The notes under the pieces: model-generated
Database searches by the model: none
What the model was told of the DNA's origin: nothing
Seen by the model: the letters and a program-made list of their open reading frames with translations, nothing else
Translations under genes and position numbers: made by a program
In this document: positions 41,010 to 50,214 of the stretch, piece by piece
Numbering within the stretch: position 1 is the stretch's first letter
Layout: each line of letters starts with the position of its first letter
Source of the DNA: an uncultured Desulfobacter sp.
GTDB taxonomy: Bacteria; Desulfobacterota; Desulfobacteria; Desulfobacterales; Desulfobacteraceae
Direction: 5' to 3'
Assembly: GCA_963665095.1 (NCBI GenBank)
Contig: OY762069.1
Location: 1,664,001 to 1,728,000 of the forward strand
DNA: 64,000 bases

Positions 41010-41180
41010 GCGGACGGGATGGCTTCGTTGATACTGTCGCATTGGCTCAGACTAACGAGTCTCATTGACGGCTACTAATAGAATGTCCACCATGTCCGCT
41101 CCAATACTTTCATTATGGCTCAAAGGTGCTCTGATCCTCGGAAATTATGCCGAGAGATCTTGTTATACCAGTATGCCAAA
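41010..41180 (+). ncRNA. Putative bridge/seek RNA with target-binding and donor-binding loops
   Basis: Two stem-internal loop-stem modules; loop segments match the element ends and right flank (see findings). Confidence 0.72.
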
Positions 41181-41499
41181 TTTTGGATTTGTAGGGCATG
41201 GTCTTCCACCAGTAACGCAAATTATTTAAAATCGATGACTTTGGGATACAATTGATCTTATTGTGTATCATTAAAAAACCGATCATATCGGACAGGGATG
41301 GTACGTCTCAAAAAAATATTGAAAATATTCCTTGTTTTCTCTCTGGTGCTCTATTAGTGCTTGGTCAACTATGTGACAAATTGAAGAAAAAAATTGCAAG
41401 CATTTTCAGATGATGTTAATGACTTTATCATTATTAGTTTGAATATTAATACAATTCTGACTATGCTTACTTTTTACACCTACCAGAGACAACCATAAT

Positions 41500-44469
41500 A
41501 TGAGCAGCTTGATCGACAACACTTTCAGAAATGAATTGAACCGTATGGAAATGCTTCGCCCTGAAGAGGAGTTGTCGAGTCTTTATTTTGTCGCTGACAA
41601 AAATGAAGTACAACCGTGTATACGTATTGCTCTTGAACAGGCTGAGCGTTATAAGGCTGACGCAGTTTTTTTCCGAATTTTTCCTATTGGTGACAACCGT
41701 TCCCCGCTTCCCCAGATTTATATTTATTATGACACTGCGCTGTCCCTTGACGATACCTATTATGCCGGGATACACCGCCGCCTATGGAATGCGGGCATTC
41801 CCCCATTAGTATTCATCCTGACTGCCGGGCAGGTGAAAATCCTCAATTGTCGGCAGAAACCTGAAATTGACAAAGACTCCAAAAAACCTGTCTTCACTCC
41901 ATTCCGTACACTTGAAAGGGTAATAGCCGTCGAACGGGCATTTGCCGCTCGGGAAATTGCAGCCGGAACACTCTGGGAAAATACAAAATTTAAGAGTGAC
42001 TTCGTACTTGAAAAAACCGCTTACTTCGAGTTACTTACTCACCTCAAGTCGTTCCGACAGAAACTGCTTTTATTAAAAATTTTGTCAGAGCCTACTGTCA
42101 ACCGAATCTTGGTTATGGCGATTTTAGTCAAATATTTGAATGATCGCCAGGATTCTTCAGGAAACCGTGTTTTCGCGGAAGGGTTCCTGCGTCGATTTTC
42201 CAGTGCGAATAATGATGATATTGAATCTCTCTTCATAGAGAAGGGGAGTTGTATTAAGCTGTTTGATCATTTAAGCAGGCATTTTAATGGTGGCATTTTC
42301 GAATTGACCGATAGTGAAAAAAAGGAATTGTATCAGGCTGATCTCTCACCGATTGCGGTCTTCCTGAAAGGAGATCAGGACCCGACAGGTCAGATGCTCT
42401 TTTGGCCGCTCTATTCGTTTGAAGACCTTCCGGTTGAGTTAATCAGCAATATTTACGAGGAGTTTCTGGCAAAAAAAGAGGATGGTAACGGTGTGGTTTA
42501 CACGCCACCAATGATGGTTGATTTTCTTATAGATCGTTGCTTGCCTCTTGAAGCAAGTACGCTTTCCCGAAAAATTCTCGATCCTGCATGTGGTTCCGGT
42601 GTTTTCCTGGTTGGCGCTTTCAAACGCTTGATACAATGCTGGCGTGTGGCCAACGACTGGAAACAGCCGACTTATCGTGATTTACAGGCAATTCTTAAGA
42701 ATAGCATTTTCGGAATCGACAAAGCGCCCGAAGCAGTTCTGGTAACGGCTTTCAGCCTCTGCGTTGCGCTTTGCGATGAATTGGAGCCGTTGATTATCTG
42801 GAATGAACTTAAATTCGACAACCTGCAAAATAGTAATCTCCAGGATAGAGATTTTTTTGAAATTGTTGAATCTGGGGAATTCAATAATCACTTCGAGTTA
42901 ATTATCGGCAACCCTCCGTTTGACAGCAAACTGACGACTAATGCCGCCAAGCGGATTGAGAAAACTGAAGCCAAAGTTCGTCCCAAACTCCCAGATACTC
43001 AACTTGCGCTACTTTTTCTTGAGCAATCCTTCCGACTTGCCCGTAAGGATGCAACGGTCTGCCTGATTCAACCGGCGGGGCCGCTGCTGTACAACGGTAA
43101 CGCACTGCCTTTCCGCGGCCACCTGTTTGAGCAATTCGCCATTAATCAGGTATTTGATTTCACTCCGCTGGAAGGGGTTCTTTTCAAAGCAAAGGTTGCG
43201 GCAGCGGCGATAGTTGGCTTAAATAAGCCCCCATCGACAGAGAAAATTCAGCATATAACAGTACGTAGAACCAAGGCGCTCAAGGAAAAACTTCTGTTTG
43301 AGTTGGACCCCTATGATTTCCACTGGATACCTCGTGAATCCGTAAAGCAGAAACAATATGTATGGAAAACCAATCTGCTTGGCGGCGGAAGGCTTCACCG
43401 AATGATGGATCGCCTAATTACCGGCGTTAAAACATTGGGCGAGTATCTGGCAGAGAAAAAGGATAATAAAGGCTGGCAATTTGGTGAAGGTTTTAGTGTC
43501 GGATGCGGAAGTTATTTAAATGAGTTGTCCAACGCAAAAGAATTAGCAAAATTATCGCCCAAAAAACTAACGTACCAGTTTAAATTAAAAAGACCCCCTA
43601 AGCTTGCTTCTTGGATAACAGGGAAAAACAATGTTCCGCCAAAAGCTTTGACAAAAGATGGCATTGATTGGAATTCAGTAAAGAGTATCAATAAACTTTT
43701 TTTTGAAGAACCACGCAGGACGACTCAACTCATTTTCTCCGCTCCACATGTGTTAATCAGAGAAAAAGTTGATGGATTGGCTATCCCCGCTGTTTACACG
43801 GACAAAAAATTGGTGTTCACTAATCAAGTTATTGGGGTGTATGCACCTGAGAATGAACAGAATCATTTGAAAGTTCTTGCTGAGCGCTTAAACGACTCCA
43901 AACTCTTTGGGATTCTATCCATATTGCTTAGCGGGAGAATACTGGTCGGGCGATCAAACTCTTTGTATGCAAGAGATATCATGGCATTACCTTATCCTGA
44001 TGATCTGCAGGATATAGATCTGAATTTCTGGGAGCAAGCCCTTGTCGATGACATTGATAACTATCTCGTCGATTTTCGGCGCAGCGGTGAAAAGGCCGCA
44101 ATTTTATCCGAAACAGATGAATCCGACCTGCACAATTTCGGCAAAATGTACTGTAGTATTCTTAACCCTGTGTACAAACAATTCCGCCCCTTAGACCCAA
44201 TTCAAATTGGTTCCTTTATCTGTTACCCTTTTTGCTACGGAGATACGCCCACGATTGAAATGCCTGAAGAAAACAAGGTCGTTCCATTTCTTGATAGTTT
44301 GTTACACTGCCAACAAGGCAGCCGCCTGTTTGTAAACCGCATACTTCGCATGTACGAACAAAACGTAATCTTTATGATCAAACCGAATCAGAAGAGGTAC
44401 TGGCTACGTTCTATAGCTCTTCGCGACGCTGACGAGACATTAGTTGATCTCTTGGAACAAGGATATTGA
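41500..44469 (+). CDS. N6-adenine DNA methyltransferase, Type IIG/Eco57I-like architecture
   Basis: ELISNIYEEFL, GVVYTP, ILDPACGSGVFL (motif I), IIGNPPF (motif IV), TRD-like C-terminal half. Confidence 0.88.
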   Translation: MSSLIDNTFRNELNRMEMLRPEEELSSLYFVADKNEVQPCIRIALEQAERYKADAVFFRIFPIGDNRSPLPQIYIYYDTALSLDDTYYAGIHRRLWNAGIPPLVFILTAGQVKILNCRQKPEIDKDSKKPVFTPFRTLERVIAVERAFAAREIAAGTLWENTKFKSDFVLEKTAYFELLTHLKSFRQKLLLLKILSEPTVNRILVMAILVKYLNDRQDSSGNRVFAEGFLRRFSSANNDDIESLFIEKGSCIKLFDHLSRHFNGGIFELTDSEKKELYQADLSPIAVFLKGDQDPTGQMLFWPLYSFEDLPVELISNIYEEFLAKKEDGNGVVYTPPMMVDFLIDRCLPLEASTLSRKILDPACGSGVFLVGAFKRLIQCWRVANDWKQPTYRDLQAILKNSIFGIDKAPEAVLVTAFSLCVALCDELEPLIIWNELKFDNLQNSNLQDRDFFEIVESGEFNNHFELIIGNPPFDSKLTTNAAKRIEKTEAKVRPKLPDTQLALLFLEQSFRLARKDATVCLIQPAGPLLYNGNALPFRGHLFEQFAINQVFDFTPLEGVLFKAKVAAAAIVGLNKPPSTEKIQHITVRRTKALKEKLLFELDPYDFHWIPRESVKQKQYVWKTNLLGGGRLHRMMDRLITGVKTLGEYLAEKKDNKGWQFGEGFSVGCGSYLNELSNAKELAKLSPKKLTYQFKLKRPPKLASWITGKNNVPPKALTKDGIDWNSVKSINKLFFEEPRRTTQLIFSAPHVLIREKVDGLAIPAVYTDKKLVFTNQVIGVYAPENEQNHLKVLAERLNDSKLFGILSILLSGRILVGRSNSLYARDIMALPYPDDLQDIDLNFWEQALVDDIDNYLVDFRRSGEKAAILSETDESDLHNFGKMYCSILNPVYKQFRPLDPIQIGSFICYPFCYGDTPTIEMPEENKVVPFLDSLLHCQQGSRLFVNRILRMYEQNVIFMIKPNQKRYWLRSIALRDADETLVDLLEQGY

Positions 44470-45170
44470 GCTCCATGAAAAAACATCCAACCGGACGGAT
44501 GCTTGCAGGCACAGGCACCTTACTTGGTCCATCTCAAAATACACAATTCAGCATGGTTGTTACGTTTATCAAGGCAAAACTTCCCATATTTGCGGAATCC
44601 ATTTTGAAAACTAAAATTTGTAGTGAAAATGGCCTAAACAGCCGACTTTCTCGTTTTATTACCAATGCTGCCGCCCAAGAATTTTTTTTTGCGAATCGTG
44701 AGTGTATGGAAGATGAAACCTATGGAAGCAGTCCCGCAGTTGATATCGGCGTTTATCTTAAAATGGATGATACTGAAATCGATCCCCCAATGATTACGGT
44801 TTTTGAAGGGAAAAGGCTTACAACAAAATTGACTAAAAAACGACGTCGCGAATATGTCATAGGGCATGAAGAAAGTGGGAAACATATTCGCTGCGGCGGC
44901 ATAGAGCGTTTTAAGCTTGCCATCCACGGAGCCAGACTCAATCGTGCCGGAATGATAGGTTATATTCAAGATGGGACATCTGACGATTGGCAAAAGAAAA
45001 CCAATACATGGATTTGCGAGCTATGCAACCAGCCTTTTAATCCGGTATGGTCAGAGCGTGAACAGCTTACGCGGCAAAAATCCGATGAACGAGTTATTGA
45101 ATATTCATCAATTGTAAACCGTATCGACAGCGTACTTCATCTGGCTCACCTGTGGATTGACCTTTCCTAA
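44466..45170 (+). CDS. Hypothetical protein, probable PD-(D/E)XK nuclease; start uncertain (44466/44475/44499)
   Basis: PAVDIGV...VFEGKRL (D...ExK), EYV, GGIERFK, GMIGY; overlaps or abuts the MTase stop. Confidence 0.65.
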   Translation: MSSMKKHPTGRMLAGTGTLLGPSQNTQFSMVVTFIKAKLPIFAESILKTKICSENGLNSRLSRFITNAAAQEFFFANRECMEDETYGSSPAVDIGVYLKMDDTEIDPPMITVFEGKRLTTKLTKKRRREYVIGHEESGKHIRCGGIERFKLAIHGARLNRAGMIGYIQDGTSDDWQKKTNTWICELCNQPFNPVWSEREQLTRQKSDERVIEYSSIVNRIDSVLHLAHLWIDLS

Positions 45171-45405
45171 TAACGTGCCGTTCGAAAGTGAACTATTCCA
45201 TATTAGGTTCGGCCATTAGATTTCCAGAGATGGTGATACTCAATTTCTAACCCCAAAAATCACTGGACAAGCCGGTAATTTTGCGTTGACTTTGTCTATT
45301 AGTCCTGTTTTTTTTGTAAAACGGTTCACCCCTATATGTTGTGCCTGCTTTGAAAAGCCCAGAATCAATTTAATAGAACAAATTATAGACTCAGGGTGGG
45401 TAGAG

Positions 45406-45441
45406 AAAAAGGCCCCGGCAGTAAACTCCACTGCCGGGGCC
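45406..45441 (-). terminator. Terminator of gdhA
   Basis: Minus strand GGCCCCGGCAGT...ACTGCCGGGGCC followed by TTTTT. Confidence 0.85.
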
Positions 45442-45490
45442 GGACGGCTATCAGGACGAAAATCTTTCAGAGCTACAATAGAAAATTGAG

Positions 45491-46840
45491 TTAAACAATA
45501 CCCTGGTCCATCATGGCGTCGGCCACTTTGACGAACCCTGCGATATTGGCGCCGTTCACGTAGTTGCCGGGGGTGCCGTACTCTTCGGCAGCGTCCAGGC
45601 AGGCGTGGTGGATGCTTTGCATGATGCCTTTGAGCTTGGCTTCGACTTCTTCTCTGGTCCATTTGATGCGCATGGAATTCTGGGACATTTCCAGGCCGGA
45701 AACAGCCACGCCGCCGGCATTGGAGGCTTTGCCCGGTGCATAGAGCAGCTTGTGATCCAGGAAAAGGTCAATGGCTTCGGGTGTGGAGGGCATATTGGCC
45801 CCTTCACACACAAGATAGACACCGTTGTTTACCAGGTTTTCGGCATCTTCTCCATTGACTTCGTTCTGGGTGGCGGAAGGGAAGGCGCAATCTGCTTTGT
45901 GATCCCACAAAGGATTGCAGTCTTCACTGCCGTCAATGGCGGCATATTTGGCTGAGGGGTATTTCTGGGCATACTCTTTGATGCGGCCGCGCTTGACGTT
46001 TTTCAGATACATCACCCAGGCAAGTTTGTCCTCATCAATGCCTTCCTCATCATAGATGTAACCGGAGGAATCAGACAGGGTCACAACCTTTCCGCCGAGC
46101 TGGTTGATCTTCTGGGTGGTGAACTGGGCGACGTTGCCGGAACCGGAAACCAGACAGATCTTCCCTTCAAGGCTTTGACTGCGGGTGGCCAGCATCTCAT
46201 CTGCAAAGAAAACAGAGCCGTATCCTGTGGCTTCGGGCCGGATAAGAGATCCGCCCCAGTTCAGCGCTTTGCCGGTGAGAACCCCTGTAAACTCGTTTTT
46301 CAGTTTTTTATACATACCGAACAGATAGCCGATTTCACGTCCGCCCACGCCGATGTCCCCAGCTGGGACGTCTGTGTCATGGCCGATGTGACGGTAGAGT
46401 TCAGACATGAAACTCTGGCAGAAACGCATTACTTCGAAGTCGGACTTTCCCTTGGGATCGAAGTCGGAACCGCCTTTACCGCCCCCCATGGGAAGGGTGG
46501 TCAACGCGTTTTTGAACACCTGCTCAAAGGCCAGGAACTTCAGAATGGACAGGTTCACGGAAGGATGGAACCGCAGCCCCCCCTTATATGGTCCGATGGC
46601 GGAATTCATTTCAATTCTGAACCCGCGGTTTACCTGCACCCTTCCCTGGTCATCCACCCAGGGCACCCGGAACTGGATGATCCTTTCCGGTTCCACCATA
46701 CGCTCCATGATACCGGCCTGCCGGTATTCAGGATTTTTATCCAGCACTGGTTTTACAGATTCCGCGACCTCATGAACGGCCTGGTGAAATTCTTTTTCAA
46801 AAGGATCTCTTTTGCTGACAACATCCATAATGGTTCCCAT
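45491..46840 (-). CDS. gdhA: NADP-specific glutamate dehydrogenase
   Basis: GPYKGGLRFHPSV, GGGKGG, DVPAGDIGVG, RPEATGYG, SGSGNVA. Confidence 0.95.
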   Translation of the reverse strand: MGTIMDVVSKRDPFEKEFHQAVHEVAESVKPVLDKNPEYRQAGIMERMVEPERIIQFRVPWVDDQGRVQVNRGFRIEMNSAIGPYKGGLRFHPSVNLSILKFLAFEQVFKNALTTLPMGGGKGGSDFDPKGKSDFEVMRFCQSFMSELYRHIGHDTDVPAGDIGVGGREIGYLFGMYKKLKNEFTGVLTGKALNWGGSLIRPEATGYGSVFFADEMLATRSQSLEGKICLVSGSGNVAQFTTQKINQLGGKVVTLSDSSGYIYDEEGIDEDKLAWVMYLKNVKRGRIKEYAQKYPSAKYAAIDGSEDCNPLWDHKADCAFPSATQNEVNGEDAENLVNNGVYLVCEGANMPSTPEAIDLFLDHKLLYAPGKASNAGGVAVSGLEMSQNSMRIKWTREEVEAKLKGIMQSIHHACLDAAEEYGTPGNYVNGANIAGFVKVADAMMDQGIV

Positions 46841-46904
46841 CTTACGCTATCTCCTGTTGAGTAATAAATAGTGTCTGAAAAATGACGTTGTGTTCGAACA
46901 ACAG

Positions 46905-47270
46905 TTATTCTGTTTCCAGATGTGCTGCTGAAACAAAAATTTTCTTGGCAAAGTCGTCCACCACCCAGGTGACAGGGGTGCCTTTGGGTACTACAAAGGC
47001 GTCACCGGCCTTGAATTCATGGGTAGGGCCGTCTTTTTCAATGATTTTTACACTGCCTTCCATGATGATGCAGAACTCAAGTTTGGGGTGCAGATGCGTC
47101 CAGGATCCTGCGGTGCAGGTCCAGATGCCGGACTTGAAGTTGCCGGAAGCATGCTCGAAATAGGTCCAGTTATTGGCCACGGGCGCACCGGATGCCGGGT
47201 TCTTTTTGGGACCTTCGGTGTGATGCAGCACTTCTGATTTATCAATAACGACGATTTTTCCTTCGCTCAT
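46905..47270 (-). CDS. Cupin domain protein (DUF861-like)
   Basis: GIWTCTAG, EFC.I.EG, AGDAFVVPKG, W. Confidence 0.82.
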   Translation of the reverse strand: MSEGKIVVIDKSEVLHHTEGPKKNPASGAPVANNWTYFEHASGNFKSGIWTCTAGSWTHLHPKLEFCIIMEGSVKIIEKDGPTHEFKAGDAFVVPKGTPVTWVVDDFAKKIFVSAAHLETE

Positions 47271-47341
47271 ATCTGTTTCTCCTAGGGGTTGTGCCTGTCC
47301 GTAGATTGGGGCGGACAGGCGCTGGTTCGGTTTACTTTTTT

Positions 47342-48466
47342 TTATGCGGCTTTGGTCTCAAACCGGTCGGGCCGGAATACATCCAGGGGAATTTCCGGTT
47401 CCTGCCCTGTCACCAGCTGGCACATGAGACGTCCCATGATGGGGGCCAGCTGAAAGCCGTGGGCGGAAAATCCGCAGACATGGAAAAGACCCGGTACTTT
47501 GACCGATTCGCCCACAATGGGCACCTTGTCGGCCAGGCACCCTTCAAAGGCGGCCCAGCAACGGATCATCTGGGCTCTGGAAAGCTTTGGCAGAATTTCA
47601 ATCATCAGCTTGGAGGCCTTGGTCATCTGCATGGGATCAATCCAGATCATCTCCCGGTCCAGATCCAGGGGAGACCGATAGCCACCACCCACGATAATGG
47701 TACCGTTTTTTGCCGCCATCAGTCCGAGCAGGCGTCCTGTCAATCCCAAAGAGGTACCGTTCATGAAACCGGGTACCCGGCTGGTCACCATCATGGTGGG
47801 GGCTGCGGCAAATACAGGCAAGGGATCATCCAGCATGTTTGAAAACCGGGCAGCCCAGGCACCTGTGGCATTGACCAGCACTTCGCTTTCAAACACCTCA
47901 CCGGCTGCCGTTTTTACCCGGAAACCGTTTGCTGTGGTCCGGGCTTCCACCACCCGGGTTCTGGAGTGGATTTTCACCCCTTTGTTCTCGGCGGTTTTGG
48001 CATAGGCTTTGGACGTAAGCAGGGGGTTTGCCAGGCCGTCGGTGTAGCAGACCAGCCCGCCCACAACATGTCCGGAAAGGTTGGGAGACAGCTTCATCAC
48101 CTGGTCGCGGTCCACCATGACTTCATGGTCATACCCCAGATCCCTCAGGGTTTTACACCGTTTTTCAAGTTTTTCCAGCTCTTCTTCGGATTCTGCCAGA
48201 CGCAGCCGGGGAGAGACATGGAAACCGCAGTCGGAATTCACGGTTTTTTCATGCAGGTCCCACAGTTTTCTGGAGGCAAGGGCCATGGGAATTTCCCGGA
48301 CATCCCTGCCCTGGCACCGGACACCGCCGGAGTTATGGCCCGAGGCATGACGGCCGGGCACATCTTTTTCCAGAATGGTGACGGACTTTCCTTTTAACGC
48401 AAGCTCCAGGGCTGTGGCACATCCCATCAACCCGCCGCCCACGATTAATACATCACTTTTCATCAT
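47342..48466 (-). CDS. DadA-family FAD oxidoreductase (OoxB/HcnC-like catalytic subunit)
   Basis: IVGGGLMG, ASG.NSGGVR, DGLANP, CGFSAHGFQLAP. Confidence 0.85.
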   Translation of the reverse strand: MMKSDVLIVGGGLMGCATALELALKGKSVTILEKDVPGRHASGHNSGGVRCQGRDVREIPMALASRKLWDLHEKTVNSDCGFHVSPRLRLAESEEELEKLEKRCKTLRDLGYDHEVMVDRDQVMKLSPNLSGHVVGGLVCYTDGLANPLLTSKAYAKTAENKGVKIHSRTRVVEARTTANGFRVKTAAGEVFESEVLVNATGAWAARFSNMLDDPLPVFAAAPTMMVTSRVPGFMNGTSLGLTGRLLGLMAAKNGTIIVGGGYRSPLDLDREMIWIDPMQMTKASKLMIEILPKLSRAQMIRCWAAFEGCLADKVPIVGESVKVPGLFHVCGFSAHGFQLAPIMGRLMCQLVTGQEPEIPLDVFRPDRFETKAA

Positions 48467-49865
48467 CCCCTCCCAGTTGTGCGTTGGCCATCTCCCCAAG
48501 GGTTACGGGTTTGATTGGCGGGCGGACTCTCAAGGGCCGGTTGGCTTCCGGATTGGTGTTGGATGCGGCAGCCACAATTTCCACCAGGGCCGGGCCGCAC
48601 ATGCGTCCCTGACAAGGTCCCATTCCGCACCGGGCAATGGATTTGATCTCGTTATGATCGGTAAAGCCCTGGGCCACAAGTTCCCGGATACTGCCTGCAG
48701 TCACCCCTTCACACCGGCAGACAATGGTATTGTCCGGCACCTGATACAGGTGGGTGGCCGGCCGGTACATCTCATCCACAAAAGGCCGTGGCAAAAGTTC
48801 CTTGGCCAGGGCCTTTCGCAAAGGCGCGGCCTGTTTTTCATATTCGCCCTGGGTGAAGCTGCGCATCTCCCGCTCAATGGCAAGCGCAGTTAACTGCCCT
48901 TTGATCCGGGCAGGTTCTCCACCATGGACAAAGGCCCCGTCACCAGGGATAAAAATCTGTTCCTGGCTGGTGCGTCCGTCCGCATCGGTTTTGGGATGCC
49001 AGTACCGCTGTACCGGATTCCAGATATGACGGCAGCCTGCCTGGCGTAACAAAGAGGTATTTGGGATCACGCCCTCATGGATCAGCAAGGTTGCCACCTC
49101 AAACTCCAGGGGCTGTCCCTTTGACTGGGCCGTGACCCGACACACAGCATCCTTGCCATGGGCGGCAAGGCCTGTAACCTTATTATAAATGGGAACCTTG
49201 GCTTTTTTTGCAGCAAGCTTTGCCGCCCCCATGAGCACCACGCCTTTGGAAAGATACAGCGGTCGCATCATGGCCTTGGGCATCTGTTTCATCGCGCCAA
49301 AGGGAGGCAGGCTGCCGGAACCGGTATTCAAAATCGCCTTGATGGGGGCGTTAAGATCCAGAAGATGTTTGGCCACCAGCCAGAACAAGGGGCCGGAACC
49401 TGCCATGACAAGGGGATTGGAAGGATAATAGCCAGAATCCTTGAACAGGTTTGAAATCCCGCCGCAGGTCATGACACCGGGCAGGGTCCATCCCTCAAAG
49501 GGTACCGGACGCTCCATGGCACCGGTACCCAACACCAGGTACTTGGCTGTAAACTTTCCGGAAGCCCCGTTCCTGGACCAGAAAATATCGCCGTTAGGCT
49601 CTGCCTGCCAGACACGGGTGGCCGGCAGGTAGTCCAGTTTGGAGGCGGAAAAGCCCTTCAATACGGCAAGGCCGGCTGCATAATCTTTGCCAAGTACCTT
49701 ACGCTGGGCAGATGAGGAGCCGGCAAGGTTCCTGTAAATCTGCCCGCCGGGCTTGGCCTGTTCGTCCAGCAGTGCCACCTCAAGCCCCTTGCTGCAAAGC
49801 TCAGTGGCACAGGCCAGACCCGAAGGCCCTGCGCCTGTAATCACCACATCATATGTGTGTTTCAT
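48453..49865 (-). CDS. FAD/NAD(P) oxidoreductase with BFD-like Fe-S domain (OoxA/HcnB-like)
   Basis: GAGPSG, GGQIYR, ERPVPF.GWTLPGV, VCRCE, RCGMGPCQGRMC, RPP.KPV. Confidence 0.88.
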   Translation of the reverse strand: MKHTYDVVITGAGPSGLACATELCSKGLEVALLDEQAKPGGQIYRNLAGSSSAQRKVLGKDYAAGLAVLKGFSASKLDYLPATRVWQAEPNGDIFWSRNGASGKFTAKYLVLGTGAMERPVPFEGWTLPGVMTCGGISNLFKDSGYYPSNPLVMAGSGPLFWLVAKHLLDLNAPIKAILNTGSGSLPPFGAMKQMPKAMMRPLYLSKGVVLMGAAKLAAKKAKVPIYNKVTGLAAHGKDAVCRVTAQSKGQPLEFEVATLLIHEGVIPNTSLLRQAGCRHIWNPVQRYWHPKTDADGRTSQEQIFIPGDGAFVHGGEPARIKGQLTALAIEREMRSFTQGEYEKQAAPLRKALAKELLPRPFVDEMYRPATHLYQVPDNTIVCRCEGVTAGSIRELVAQGFTDHNEIKSIARCGMGPCQGRMCGPALVEIVAAASNTNPEANRPLRVRPPIKPVTLGEMANAQLGGDDEK

Positions 49866-50176
49866 GATTCCTGCTCCACCTTTTGCTGACGTTTAATCTG
49901 CATGCCGTCGACCACCTGCTCCAGACAGGCCTGCCGGTTGGGAACCCCGTCGATTTCACACAGGCACTCAAAGCAGACCCCCATAAGACAGTGGGGGCTG
50001 CGCTTGTCATGGTCGGCTGCGGAGTGGCAAAAGTGTTCTGCATCCTTGTTCAGGATGGCGGCGGCCACAGTGATGCCGGCAGGTACCTGCATGGGCCGCC
50101 CCTCCACATGGATGGTGACAGTCTTTTCCGGCGTGTCCATGGAAACCCTGTTGAATGTGCGTTTATTATCTGTCAT
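49862..50176 (-). CDS. [2Fe-2S] subunit (HcnA/OdhC-like)
   Basis: TVAAA, CLMGVCFECL...RQAC. Confidence 0.88.
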   Translation of the reverse strand: MTDNKRTFNRVSMDTPEKTVTIHVEGRPMQVPAGITVAAAILNKDAEHFCHSAADHDKRSPHCLMGVCFECLCEIDGVPNRQACLEQVVDGMQIKRQQKVEQES

Positions 50177-50214
50177 ATGCCTATCATCCTTTGCTTGGCC
50201 ATTTTTCCAAAGAC

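Larger units (their letters stand above)
39192..41353 (+). mobile_element. IS110-family element (ends inferred from guide matches; TA core at both ends)
   Basis: DEDD recombinase gene with about 320-bp 5' and about 395-bp 3' non-coding ends; left end TA|TAATA and right end GGTGCTC|TA match guide loops in the 3' end. Confidence 0.75.

Noticed and set aside
39178..41348. CACCAGAG (39178-85) / CTCTGGTG (41341-48) as IS1111-type subterminal inverted repeats
   Set aside because: Only 8 bp. The left copy falls outside the guide-defined end and has no TA core or donor match outside it. Not fully excluded without other copies.
47342..50176. Hydrogen cyanide synthase hcnABC
   Set aside because: The same fold family includes opine and proline dehydrogenases; the xsc/OCD context favours catabolism.
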